DNA of 64,000 nucleotides, taken from the NCBI RefSeq assembly GCF_050181815.1, contig NZ_JBFXCV010000003.1; one strand, 5' to 3'. The position numbers were made by a program, and so were the translations under genes. This DNA is from Methylocystis sp. (GTDB lineage: Bacteria > Pseudomonadota > Alphaproteobacteria > Rhizobiales > Beijerinckiaceae). Within the stretch, counting starts at the first letter, position 1. Each line of letters begins with the position of its first letter. The notes under the pieces were generated by a model. The model was not told where the DNA came from, did not search any database, and saw only the letters and a list, made by a program, of their open reading frames with translations. This document shows, in pieces, positions 11,880 to 21,322 of the stretch.

Positions 11880-13508
11880 TCACAGGCCCGGATCTTCTCC
11901 GTTGCGCGCTTCTTCCGACGCAAGTCCAAAGCTCAATCGTAACCAGAACCGCTCGTGCAGATAATACAGCGCGAAGATCGCCAGCAATTCGACGCCGGTG
12001 ATTTTTGCGGCGAGCTCCATGCTTTGGACGAAGGCGTAAACGATCAGGAAGGTCGAAACGCTTGCAGGCAGCAGCCAGGAAAGCGCTTTCACCAGACTGC
12101 GCGTCGGCGTCGGTTTGAACGACTCTCGCGCCAGCGGCAGGCCTTCCATGGAAGCGTAGCTGAGCTCGGTCAGCGGCGGCGAGGCTCGGCCGTTCGACGC
12201 GGCGACCGCTTTGACCATGCCGACCGCGACCGTTTCATTGGTGACGCGATCGATGAGAATGAATCCGCCGGTTTCGCGATTTTCGACATAAGCGTCGCAG
12301 GCAATCACAGTTTCAAGTGACAGGCGCGCGTCGCCGATTTCGTTGAACGCGAGCGTCGCGCCGCTAGTGAGCTGCTGCGACTGGCCGGTTTCAATATCAA
12401 TGCGCGTATCAACGACAGTCACGGCGGCAGGCGCCGTTTTAGTTCCGATCTTTAAGAGATAACTCTTGCCGGCGACAAGCGGCTCGCGCACCAGCCATAG
12501 GAGCTTGGCTTCGAGCCGATCGCCGATTTTCGCAGGCGAGACCGGCGAACATAAAAGATCGCCGCGCGAAACGTCGATCTCTTCGGCGAGCGTCAGCGTC
12601 GCCGACTGGCCGGACACGGCGCTGTCGAGGTCGCCGTCAAAGGTGACGATCCTGGCGACGCGTGTATCGCGCCCCGACGGCAGAATGCGCACGATATCGC
12701 CCGGCCGAATATTGCCGCCGCTGATGAAGCCGGAGAAGCCGCGGAAGTCGAGATTGGGGCGGTTCACCCATTGCACCGGCATGCGAAACGGCGCGATCTG
12801 CGTCGTGTCGTCCACCGCGACGCCTTCGAGATAGGAAAGAAGCGGCGGCCCGTCGTGCCAAGGCATATTGGCGCTGCGATGAACGAGATTGTCGCCATCC
12901 TTGGCGACAAGCGGCGCGACATAAATGGAGGCGAAGCGAAGCTTGTCGGCGAAGGCACGAAAATCCGACTCGATCTTGCGGAACACCTCTTCGCTGTAGC
13001 CGACGAGATCCATCTTGTTGACCGCGACAACGACATGACGCACGCCGAACATCGAGGTGATGACGCTGTGCCGGCGAGTCTGCGGCAGAATGCCCTTGCG
13101 CGCATCGACAAGCAGAATGGCAAGATCGGCGGTCGAGGCGCCGACCGCCATGTTGCGGGTATATTGCTCATGGCCGGGCGTGTCGGCGACGATGAATTTG
13201 CGCCTGTCGGTGGCGAAATAGCGATAGGCGACATCGATGGTGATGCCCTGTTCGCGCTCGGCGGCAAGACCGTCGACGAGCAGCGCGAAATCCAGCGCCT
13301 CGCCCTGCGTGCCATGCTTCTTTGAATCGCTTTCGAGCGCCGCGATAATGTCGTCGGGCGCAAGGTCGGCGTCGTAGAGCAGACGCCCGATCAGGGTCGA
13401 TTTGCCATCGTCGACCGAACCGCAGGTGATGAACCGCAAAAGCGGCTTTTCCCCGGCTTGGCGCAGAAGCGCGCGCGACGGCGATGCGGCAACGACGGCG
13501 CCGTGCAT
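11880..13508 (-). CDS. cysN: Sulfate adenylyltransferase subunit 1 fused to a C-terminal DUF2061-like membrane domain (no APS kinase domain)
   Basis: FITCGSVDDGKST, AEREQGITID, DTPGH, VNKMD. The C-terminus RSLVKALSW..YYLHERFW is DUF2061-like. Confidence 0.92.
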   Translation of the reverse strand: MHGAVVAASPSRALLRQAGEKPLLRFITCGSVDDGKSTLIGRLLYDADLAPDDIIAALESDSKKHGTQGEALDFALLVDGLAAEREQGITIDVAYRYFATDRRKFIVADTPGHEQYTRNMAVGASTADLAILLVDARKGILPQTRRHSVITSMFGVRHVVVAVNKMDLVGYSEEVFRKIESDFRAFADKLRFASIYVAPLVAKDGDNLVHRSANMPWHDGPPLLSYLEGVAVDDTTQIAPFRMPVQWVNRPNLDFRGFSGFISGGNIRPGDIVRILPSGRDTRVARIVTFDGDLDSAVSGQSATLTLAEEIDVSRGDLLCSPVSPAKIGDRLEAKLLWLVREPLVAGKSYLLKIGTKTAPAAVTVVDTRIDIETGQSQQLTSGATLAFNEIGDARLSLETVIACDAYVENRETGGFILIDRVTNETVAVGMVKAVAASNGRASPPLTELSYASMEGLPLARESFKPTPTRSLVKALSWLLPASVSTFLIVYAFVQSMELAAKITGVELLAIFALYYLHERFWLRLSFGLASEEARNGEDPGL

Positions 13509-13509
13509 C

Positions 13510-14427
13510 TTAGAAATACCCTTCCTGCTTCTTTTGCTCCATCGAGCTGGAGCCGTCGTGATCAATGAGCCGCCCCTGGCGCTCCGAAGAGCGGCTCTCG
13601 CGCATTTCGGTAATGATCTCGTCGAGACTGGCCGCGCCGCTTTCGATGCCGCCGGTCAACGGATAGCAGCCGAGCGTGCGAAACCGCACCATCTTATGTT
13701 CGATCGCTTCGCCGGGCGCGAGCTGCATGCGATCGTCATCGACCATGATGAGCGTGCCGCCGCGGCGCACGACCGGCCGCTCTTTGGCGAAATAGAGCGG
13801 AACGACGGGAATATTTTCGCGCGCGATATAGTCCCAGATATCCGCCTCGGTCCAATTGGACATCGGAAAAACCCGCAGACTCTCGCCGGGCGCCTTTCGC
13901 GTATTGTAAAGACGCCAGAATTCGGGCCGTTGATTCTTGGGGTCCCAGCGGTGCTGCGCGGTGCGAAAGGAAAGCACGCGCTCCTTGGCGCGCGACTTCT
14001 CTTCGTCGCGGCGCGCGCCGCCGAATGCAGCGTCGAACTTATATTTGTCGAGCGCCTGCTTCAACGCCTCGGTCTTCATGATCTCGGTATGAAGCTTCGA
14101 GCCATGAATGAAAGGGCTGATGTTCATCTCAATCCCTTTGGGATTGATGTACTCGATCAGTTCGAGGCCGAGCTCCTTCACGCGACGGTCGCGAAATTCG
14201 ATCATTTCGCGAAATTTCCATGTCGTATTGACATGGAGCAACGGGAACGGCGGCTTCGACGGATAAAAGGCCTTCATGGCGATATGCAGCATCGCCGCCG
14301 AATCCTTGCCGATCGAATAGAGCATCACCGGCCGTTCGCATTCGGCGACGGTCTCGCGCATGATATGGATGCTCTCGGCTTCGAGGCGATCGAGATAGCC
14401 GAGCGGGCGCACAGCGAGCGCGGTCAT
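13510..14427 (-). CDS. cysD: Sulfate adenylyltransferase subunit 2
   Basis: [43 protein letters not shown] overlap with cysH. Confidence 0.97.
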   Translation of the reverse strand: MTALAVRPLGYLDRLEAESIHIMRETVAECERPVMLYSIGKDSAAMLHIAMKAFYPSKPPFPLLHVNTTWKFREMIEFRDRRVKELGLELIEYINPKGIEMNISPFIHGSKLHTEIMKTEALKQALDKYKFDAAFGGARRDEEKSRAKERVLSFRTAQHRWDPKNQRPEFWRLYNTRKAPGESLRVFPMSNWTEADIWDYIARENIPVVPLYFAKERPVVRRGGTLIMVDDDRMQLAPGEAIEHKMVRFRTLGCYPLTGGIESGAASLDEIITEMRESRSSERQGRLIDHDGSSSMEQKKQEGYF

Positions 14428-15173
14428 TGGTTTGCCTCTTGCGGCGCGCCGCGACGCAACACGCCATCTTCGCCGATATGAAGGCCGCACTCCTTTTTGC
14501 CGTCATCTTCCCACCACCAGCGGCCGGCGCGCTCGCTCTCGCCCGGCAGCACGGCGCGCGTGCATGGCGCGCAGCCGATCGACAAAAAGCCCTTGGCGTG
14601 GAGATCGTTGATCGGCACGGAAAACTCCTCGACCGCCGCGGCGACGGCCTCTCGCGTATAGTCCGCGAGCGGATTGAGCTTGAGCAGCCGGTGCGTCTCA
14701 TCAAAGGCGATGATGGGCGCGTCGGCGCGCGCCTCGGACTGATCCGCCCGAAGCCCCGTCACCCAGGCAGAAACGCCGGCAAGCAGCCGCGACAGCGGCT
14801 CCACCTTGCGCACGTGACAGCAGGCCTTGCGCGCCTCGACCGAGTTATAGAATCCGTTGATCCCCTGCTCTTCGATCAGCGCCTCGAGCGGCGCCGCCTG
14901 CGGATAGGCGGCGCGAATGCGCCGCGCATAGCGCGCTTCGGTGCGCTCCCAGAGCTCATAGGTTTCGGGAAACAGCCGGCCCGTATCGATCGTCGCGACG
15001 TCGATATCGAGTCCCTGGGTGAAGATCGAATGCGTGATGAGCTGATCCTCAATGCCGAAACTCGTGGTGAACACGATCCGGCCGGGAATAAATTCGCGCA
15101 GCAGCAGCAGACGATGATCGAGATCGAGCGGCTCCAATCGCAGCGCCAGCGTTTCAGCGATTGAAGCCTTCAT
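14424..15173 (-). CDS. cysH: Adenylylsulfate (APS)-type reductase CysH with Fe-S cysteines
   Basis: [38 protein letters not shown] and ECGLH. Confidence 0.95.
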   Translation of the reverse strand: MKASIAETLALRLEPLDLDHRLLLLREFIPGRIVFTTSFGIEDQLITHSIFTQGLDIDVATIDTGRLFPETYELWERTEARYARRIRAAYPQAAPLEALIEEQGINGFYNSVEARKACCHVRKVEPLSRLLAGVSAWVTGLRADQSEARADAPIIAFDETHRLLKLNPLADYTREAVAAAVEEFSVPINDLHAKGFLSIGCAPCTRAVLPGESERAGRWWWEDDGKKECGLHIGEDGVLRRGAPQEANQ

Positions 15174-15676
15174 GGCCGCGCCGCCCTCCGGCGCGCCTCG
15201 AGAATCGAGCCGCTTCCTGAATAGCCGCGCTGGTAGCTCATCGCATAGGCGTTGAGCGCGGCGCGCCACTGTTCTTCATCCTGGCGCTCGGCGAGATCGT
15301 CGGGAATTTCGATCGTATCGAAGCCGCAGCCAACCGCATGGGCGTATTGATCGGCGACGAGCCGCCCGCTGGCGCGAAGTTCGCCCTTAAATCCCGCGCG
15401 CCGCAGCAGGCGCGCCAAGGAGAAGCCGCGCCCGTCGGCGAAGGCGGGGAAAGAAATCGAGACGAGACCCAATCGCGGCAACGCCTCGATGAGCGCCGAC
15501 GGTTCGGTCGTGTTCGGAACGATCACGCCAAGCGCCGACTCCGGGCCAAGGACGTCGATGGCGTGTTGAAGCCGGGCCAGCGACACGATGACCTTTCCCG
15601 CTTTCGGCAGCGCTTCTTCTTCAGCAAGGCGCCGCCAGCCGTCCTCGATAAAGCGGCCGTCAGATATCAGCGCCAT
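15170..15676 (-). CDS. DUF934 family protein
   Basis: FPAFADGRGFSLARLLR..GELRASG; this family typically follows cysI in alphaproteobacteria. Confidence 0.88.
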   Translation of the reverse strand: MALISDGRFIEDGWRRLAEEEALPKAGKVIVSLARLQHAIDVLGPESALGVIVPNTTEPSALIEALPRLGLVSISFPAFADGRGFSLARLLRRAGFKGELRASGRLVADQYAHAVGCGFDTIEIPDDLAERQDEEQWRAALNAYAMSYQRGYSGSGSILEARRRAARP

Positions 15677-17384
15677 CTTCGCCCTCCCGACGCAGAACGT
15701 CTTTGAAGCGCGCATGACCGATGCGCCGCCAGGTGTCGATGAAGGCTTCGCCTTCCTCGCGCTCGGCGAGATAGAAATCGACGAGATGCTCGATCACGTC
15801 CGGCGTCTGCTCCGCGGTCACGCCGGGTCCGAGAATTTCGCCGATCGACGCGGAAAAAGTCGGATCGCCGCCGAGCGTGATCTGGTAGGATTCCTGGCCC
15901 TTTTTTTCGAGACCAAGAATGCCGATCGCGCCGACATGGTGATGGCCACAGGCGTTGATGCAGCCGGAGATCTTGATGCCGAGCTTGCCGATGCGCCGCT
16001 GCCGCGACATGTCCGAAAAGCGTTTCGAAATCGCCTGCGCGATCGGGATCGAGCGCGCGGTCGCGAGCGAGCAGTAATCCAGACCCGGGCAGGAGATAAT
16101 GTCGGAGACGAGGCCGGCGTTCGCCGTCGCCAATCCGGCGGCGTCGAGCATCCGCCACAGCGCGAAGAGATCGTCCTCCTTCACATGCGGCAGTATGATG
16201 TTCTGCTCATGGCTGACGCGCAATTCGCCGAAGCCGAAGCGTTCGCTGGCGTCGGCCAGCACGCGCATCTGATCGGACGTGGCGTCGCCGGGAACGCCGC
16301 CGATCGGCTTCAATGAAACCGTGACGATGGCGTAGCCGGGGATTTTATGCGCGGTGACATTAACGTCGACGAAATTGCCGAAAGCCGGCGTTTCCAATTT
16401 CGCGGCGCGCAGCATTTGCGAGTCGCGCGGCAACGATTCGTAAGGCGGCGGCGCGAAGAAGCCGGCGACGCGCTCGAACTCAGCCGGATCGTGGAAAAAT
16501 ACCGAGCGGTCCATCGCGGCGAATTCTTCTTCGACCGCCGCGCGGATGTCGTCGATGCCCTTCTCGTGGACGAGAATTTTGATTCGCGCCTTATATTTGT
16601 TGTCGCGCCGGCCAAAGCGATTGTAGACGCGCATGATCGCTTCGACAAAGGCGAGCAAATCTTCACGCGGCACGAAGTCGCTGACGATTTTACCGACAAA
16701 GGGAGAACGGCCGAGACCGCCGCCGACGACGACCTGATAGCCGATCTCGCCCTCATCGTTCCTGACGATCCGCAGACCGATATCGTGCACCATGATCGCG
16801 GCGCGGTCATGCTCGGCGCCAGTCACCGCGATCTTGAATTTGCGCGGCAGAAACGAAAACTCAGGATGCAGGCTCGACCATTGGCGAAGAAACTCCGCGG
16901 TCGGACGCGGATCTTCGATTTCGTCCGGCGCGACGCCGGCGAAATGATCCGCCGTCACATTGCGGATGCAGTTGCCGGAAGTCTGAATGGCGTGCATGTC
17001 GACGTCGGCGAGCGCTTCGAGAATGTCCGGCGTATCGACGAGCTTCGGCCAATTGTACTGAAGATTCTGGCGCGTGGTGAAATGGCCGTAGCCCTTGTCC
17101 CATTTGTCGGCGATCTCGGCGAGCCGGCGCATCTGGCGCGCGGTCAGCGTCCCATAGGGAATGGCGACGCGCAGCATATAGGCGTGAAGCTGGAGATAGA
17201 GTCCGTTCATCAGCCGGAACGGACGGAACTCCTCTTCGGTCAGCGCGCCGGAAAGCCTGCGGCGCACCTGTTCGCGAAACTCGGCCACGCGTTCGCGCAC
17301 GAAGGCGGCGTCATATTCATCGTAGCGATAGGTCGTCGTCGGCGCATTGGCCCGACGCATCGCTTCGGGATCGTGAGCGGTCAC
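15660..17384 (-). CDS. cysI: Nitrite/sulfite reductase hemoprotein (ferredoxin-type CysI)
   Basis: HFTTRQN, TSGNCIRN, LPRKFKIA, CPGLDYC and SGCINACGHH siroheme/4Fe-4S ligands. Confidence 0.95.
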   Translation of the reverse strand: MTAHDPEAMRRANAPTTTYRYDEYDAAFVRERVAEFREQVRRRLSGALTEEEFRPFRLMNGLYLQLHAYMLRVAIPYGTLTARQMRRLAEIADKWDKGYGHFTTRQNLQYNWPKLVDTPDILEALADVDMHAIQTSGNCIRNVTADHFAGVAPDEIEDPRPTAEFLRQWSSLHPEFSFLPRKFKIAVTGAEHDRAAIMVHDIGLRIVRNDEGEIGYQVVVGGGLGRSPFVGKIVSDFVPREDLLAFVEAIMRVYNRFGRRDNKYKARIKILVHEKGIDDIRAAVEEEFAAMDRSVFFHDPAEFERVAGFFAPPPYESLPRDSQMLRAAKLETPAFGNFVDVNVTAHKIPGYAIVTVSLKPIGGVPGDATSDQMRVLADASERFGFGELRVSHEQNIILPHVKEDDLFALWRMLDAAGLATANAGLVSDIISCPGLDYCSLATARSIPIAQAISKRFSDMSRQRRIGKLGIKISGCINACGHHHVGAIGILGLEKKGQESYQITLGGDPTFSASIGEILGPGVTAEQTPDVIEHLVDFYLAEREEGEAFIDTWRRIGHARFKDVLRREGEDGADI

Positions 17385-17698
17385 GGCGCGCCTCCCGCCG
17401 CCTGCTTGCCGAGATCGAGGCGAACACTCGGCCCCTTCAAGCGCATTTTCTCGCGATAATGCATGGGCGTGGGCGCGCCGTCGCCGCCGATCTCGACGTC
17501 GGCGAGATAGACGTCAACCACGCGATTGGCCGAAATGTCGCGCTTGCCAGAGGCTTCGAGCGCCGCCGCCTCTTCGGCGCTCCGTGCGACGCGGGCGCGG
17601 CGATGGTCGCGCTCCCAGCCCGATGCGCCGAGAAACACCACTTCGCCATCGGTCAGATTCGAGGCGATCAGAATCTGCGGATGTTTGAACTGGGCCAT
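17381..17698 (-). CDS. DUF2849 family protein
   Basis: ASNLTDGEVVFL..HYREKMRLKGPS; typical gene upstream of cysI. GTG at 17701 is an alternative start. Confidence 0.85.
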   Translation of the reverse strand: MAQFKHPQILIASNLTDGEVVFLGASGWERDHRRARVARSAEEAAALEASGKRDISANRVVDVYLADVEIGGDGAPTPMHYREKMRLKGPSVRLDLGKQAAGGAP

Positions 17699-18069
17699 CA
17701 CGTTTCCTGCGCCAGCTTTAGTCGAAGCCCGCTCATGTCATCCGACCAGATAATCTGGCAGGACAGCCGCGAATGTTCATAAAGCATCGGCAATTCATCG
17801 AGCTTTTCGATTTCCTCGTCGCTCGGCGGCGGCACCCGCCGCGCCGACTCCGCGTCGAGGACGACATGGCATTCCGCACATGCAAGAGCGCCGCCGCAGG
17901 TGTTGTCCATGCCGACGCCATGGTCGCGCAAAATCTCCATCAGCCGCCAACCCTCGACCGCCTCCAGCTCATGGACCGCGCCGTGACGGTCCTCCACATG
18001 AAGGGTCGGAAGAGTTTGCTGGGGCAAGTGCGCGGGCCGATGCGCTGCCATGTTCTCGATGTTGCTCAT
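17698..18069 (-). CDS. [2Fe-2S] ferredoxin (adrenodoxin type)
   Basis: CGGALACAECHV..SRLSCQI (C-x5-C-x2-C..C). Confidence 0.9.
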   Translation of the reverse strand: MSNIENMAAHRPAHLPQQTLPTLHVEDRHGAVHELEAVEGWRLMEILRDHGVGMDNTCGGALACAECHVVLDAESARRVPPPSDEEIEKLDELPMLYEHSRLSCQIIWSDDMSGLRLKLAQET

Positions 18070-18131
18070 GTTTTTGACGCGCCGACTGGTCCGCTCCGGC
18101 GCGCCGGAGCGGACGTTCTGTATTTCGAACG

Positions 18132-18160
18132 CATAAACCTCCAAACCGCGCGAATGTCAA
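18132..18160 (-). promoter_or_regulatory. Candidate sigma70 promoter of the ferredoxin-cys operon
   Basis: On the minus strand: perfect TTGACA (18160-18155), 17 nt, then TTTATG. The -10 is weak. Confidence 0.4.
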
Positions 18161-18184
18161 TTCACGATCTAATCATGGAACTTT

Positions 18185-18219
18185 GAACATAATAACAAAT
18201 TTTATTTGTTGTTATGTTC
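18185..18219. promoter_or_regulatory. AT-rich 16-bp inverted repeat, candidate transcription-factor site
   Basis: GAACATAATAACAAAT-TTT-ATTTGTTGTTATGTTC; arms match at 15/16 positions. Lies in the divergent intergenic region. Confidence 0.55.
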
Positions 18220-18344
18220 TGTCACATTTGCAGCGCCATCCGCGGTTAGCTCAATCGGGGCTGACAAGCGCCCAAAAACCATGTTTGGTGCGCTCTTGTC
18301 CCCCATGAACAGCGGCGCCAGCGCGAGACCCGAGAGGAGCACTC

Positions 18345-19181
18345 ATGGCTAAGAAGCCGGTCAAAACCACCAGGGCGGCGCCAGCCAAACGGATGCCTGA
18401 AAGCCGGGCTCGAACGGCTGAGGCCAAGGTTTCCGCCTCAAGCGCCGCCGTTCGTCCGGCGGTCATTGTCGTCGGCGCGGACAAGGGCGGCGTCGGCAAG
18501 ACGACGATCGCAAGAGCGATCCTCGATTTTCTATCGCTCAATAATATCCATGCGCGCGCCTTCGATACCGAGACGCCGCGCGGGACGCTTCATCGCTTCC
18601 ACCCCGAGGAGACGATGATCGTCGATCTGACCGAGCCTGCCGATCAGATGAAAATCATCGACACGCTGAATACCTCGCAAGCCAAGATCAGCGTCATCGA
18701 CGTGCGCGCCGGCGGCCTCAGTCCCGCGCTCCGAGCGCTCGACGAGATCGGCTTCTTCGATGCGGTGAAGGGCGGCGAATTCCGGTTCGTCTTGCTGCAT
18801 GTGATCGGCCCCTCCATCTCGTCGCTGGAGGAGATCGCCGAGATCGCGCCCTATGTCGCGGGCGCCAATTATTTCATGGTGAAGAACCACGTCAACGACA
18901 CGACCTTCTTCGAGTGGGATCCGCAAACCCACGCGAAATATTTTGAAGATGTCGTCACTTCGGGCGAGATCACGATCCCCAAACTCAGCGAACTCGCCTA
19001 TGAGCAGGTCGAACTTTCCGGCGCGCCCTTCTCAACATTCATCGCCAATCTGGACGCACAGGGCCAGCCGGCCGAACATTCCTTTGTACTGCGCGGCTAT
19101 GTGCGGACCTGGCTGGCGCGCGTCGCCGATGAATTTGAAAGAGTTGGCCTTCTCGAACTTGTCAACGAAAAGAGACAATAG
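18345..19181 (+). CDS. ParA/MinD-superfamily P-loop protein of unknown function
   Basis: Deviant Walker A GADKGGVGKTT, AFDTE and VIDVRAG; basic N-terminal tail; GAGGAG ribosome-binding site. Confidence 0.75.
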   Translation: MAKKPVKTTRAAPAKRMPESRARTAEAKVSASSAAVRPAVIVVGADKGGVGKTTIARAILDFLSLNNIHARAFDTETPRGTLHRFHPEETMIVDLTEPADQMKIIDTLNTSQAKISVIDVRAGGLSPALRALDEIGFFDAVKGGEFRFVLLHVIGPSISSLEEIAEIAPYVAGANYFMVKNHVNDTTFFEWDPQTHAKYFEDVVTSGEITIPKLSELAYEQVELSGAPFSTFIANLDAQGQPAEHSFVLRGYVRTWLARVADEFERVGLLELVNEKRQ

Positions 19182-19279
19182 GCGTCGCGGGCGCGTCATT
19201 CTGCGCGACTGGCCAAAATCGTCGACGTTTGGCGTCGCTTCGACGAGCGCCCGTTCGCGGCCTCGCTAGGGATCGCATC

Positions 19280-20329
19280 GTGGAATATCGCAAACTCGGA
19301 AACACCGACTTTTCGGTCTCCGCAATCTGTCTCGGCTCGATGATGTGGGGAGAGCAGAACAGCGAGGCGGAAGGCCATGCGCAATTGGACTATGCGTTCG
19401 ATCGCGGCGTCAATTTCATCGATACGGCGGAAATCTATTCCATTCCGCCGCGGCCAGAGACTCAAGGGTCGACCGAGCGCATCATCGGAAGCTGGCTTGC
19501 CGCGCGCAAGAACCGCGACAAGGTCGTCATCGCCACCAAGGTCGCCGGGCGCGGCGACGCCAATTGGCTGCGTCCCGGAGGCGCCGGAACCGTTCTCGAC
19601 GCCAAGAACATCGACCATGCGATCGAGGGCTCGCTCAAACGGCTGCAAACCGACTATGTCGATCTTTACCAATTGCATTGGCCGGATCGCTCATTGCCGC
19701 TTTGGGGCGCTGGCGGAACGACCTACCGACGGCCGACAAAGCGAGAAGAAATTCCGATCGAAGAAACGCTCGAAGCGCTGACGCGGCTCGTCAGCGCCGG
19801 CAAGGTTCGCCATATCGGCCTGTCCAATGAAACCCCGTGGGGCGTCGCGCGTTTCCTGCGCGCCGCCGAACTCGGACATGGCCCGCGCGTCGTTTCGATT
19901 CAAAACGCCTACAATCTTGTTAATCGCACCTTCGAAATGGGCCTTGCCGAATTCGCCGAGCGCGATCGCGTCGGATTGCTCGCCTATTCGCCGCTCGCGC
20001 AAGGCTATCTCACCGGCAAATATCAAGGCGGGGCGCGGCCGCCCGGCGCGCGCACCACGCTCTTCGAGCGCGCGCAACGCTATGAGAAGCCGGAAGTCGA
20101 ACAGGCGATCGACGCCTATCTGGCGCTGGCGCGTGACATCGGCGCCGATCCGGCGCAGCTCGCCATCGCCTTCGTCACGTCGCGGCCCTTCGTCACCTCA
20201 AATATCATTGGCGCAACGACGATGGCGCAGCTCGAAACCGACCTCGCCTCGATCGAGTTCACAAACACGCGGGAAATCGAGCGGCGCATCGACGCCATCC
20301 ATCATTTGCACAGCAACCCGGCGCCATGA
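19280..20329 (+). CDS. Aldo/keto reductase (Tas-like)
   Basis: GTG start MEYRKLG; CLGSMMWG, NFIDTAEIY, IATKV, DLYQLHWP, IGLSNET, SIQNAYNL. Confidence 0.92.
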   Translation: MEYRKLGNTDFSVSAICLGSMMWGEQNSEAEGHAQLDYAFDRGVNFIDTAEIYSIPPRPETQGSTERIIGSWLAARKNRDKVVIATKVAGRGDANWLRPGGAGTVLDAKNIDHAIEGSLKRLQTDYVDLYQLHWPDRSLPLWGAGGTTYRRPTKREEIPIEETLEALTRLVSAGKVRHIGLSNETPWGVARFLRAAELGHGPRVVSIQNAYNLVNRTFEMGLAEFAERDRVGLLAYSPLAQGYLTGKYQGGARPPGARTTLFERAQRYEKPEVEQAIDAYLALARDIGADPAQLAIAFVTSRPFVTSNIIGATTMAQLETDLASIEFTNTREIERRIDAIHHLHSNPAP

Positions 20330-20943
20330 CCGGAAGCGCAATTCTTCGCGAAGAAACCGCCGAAGATTATCCGGCCATAGGCGAGCTGCTCACTGCGGCC
20401 TTCCAACGATCGGGTGAGGCCAAACTCGTCGAGGCGCTGCGCAAGGAAGGCGATTTGGTCCTCGGTTGCGTCGCCGCCATCGACGGGCTCATCGTCGGAT
20501 ATGCCGCTTTGTCGAGCATGAAAGCTCCCTTCCCGGCGCTTGGGCTCGGTCCAGTCGCCGTCGCTGCAGCCTATCGCAGAAGAGGCGTCGCCAGCGCTCT
20601 CCTGCGCTGGACCATGGCGCGTGCGCAGAACGACAAGTGGGGCGCGATTTTTGTATTAGGCGACGGCGCCTTTTATGGCCGTTTCGGGTTTCGGCCTGAG
20701 CTTGCGGCAGGCTTCGGCTCGCCCTATTCGGGGCCGCATTTCATGGCGCTGGCGCTCAACGACTCGCTTCCAGCAAGGGAAGGATCGGTAGACTATGCGC
20801 CGGCCTTCAGTCGGCTCACGAGCGAAACGCCTTCCGTAAATCGACCATGCGCACAAACATCGCGCGGCGGGGATCGAACGGCAAATCCTGAAAGCCCCGT
20901 CGCGCATAGAAGCTGCGCACCTCCTCATCGAGGGGATGGGTAA
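20326..20943 (+). CDS. GNAT N-acetyltransferase (YhbS-like) with a read-through tail antisense to the toxin gene
   Basis: LGLGPVAV..YRRRGVASAL, VLGD..FYGRFGF, family-like end YAPAF at about 20808. The frame stays open to 20943. ATGA-coupled to the reductase. Confidence 0.8.
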   Translation: MTGSAILREETAEDYPAIGELLTAAFQRSGEAKLVEALRKEGDLVLGCVAAIDGLIVGYAALSSMKAPFPALGLGPVAVAAAYRRRGVASALLRWTMARAQNDKWGAIFVLGDGAFYGRFGFRPELAAGFGSPYSGPHFMALALNDSLPAREGSVDYAPAFSRLTSETPSVNRPCAQTSRGGDRTANPESPVAHRSCAPPHRGDG

Positions 20944-21322
20944 CAACGCCAACGCTGCCAACAGCATCGGCGGCGTGAATGGCTGTCTTAAGGGCAAACT
21001 GAAGCAAGGAAACGGCGTGGCCTTGCTTTTGAAAGACCTTATCCACCGCAAGCTGACCGAGCAGCGTCGCCGGCAAAGGATCCGGCTGGTTGCGCTGTTG
21101 CGGTTTGGGAAGGAAGCCGCGTTCGATCTGCGCGGCGCTGAGCGTGACATAGCCGACGATACGGCCTGAGGCCGAGTCGATCATGACATTGACGCGGGAA
21201 GCGCCGCTCAGATGATTGAGCCAGGCATGGCGCCGGAACCAGCCGTTGAGCGACTCCCGCCCGCAGTCAAATAATTCGCGATGATCGCACTCAAGGAGCG
21301 GGCGCGGCGGACGAACCGCCAC
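20816..21322 (-). CDS. GNAT-family toxin (TacT/AtaT type)
   Basis: FDCGRESLNGWF, VGYVTLSA, LLGQLAVD..QKQGHA, FYARRGF; immediately downstream of a DUF1778 gene. Confidence 0.9.
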   Translation of the reverse strand: MAVRPPRPLLECDHRELFDCGRESLNGWFRRHAWLNHLSGASRVNVMIDSASGRIVGYVTLSAAQIERGFLPKPQQRNQPDPLPATLLGQLAVDKVFQKQGHAVSLLQFALKTAIHAADAVGSVGVVTHPLDEEVRSFYARRGFQDLPFDPRRAMFVRMVDLRKAFRS

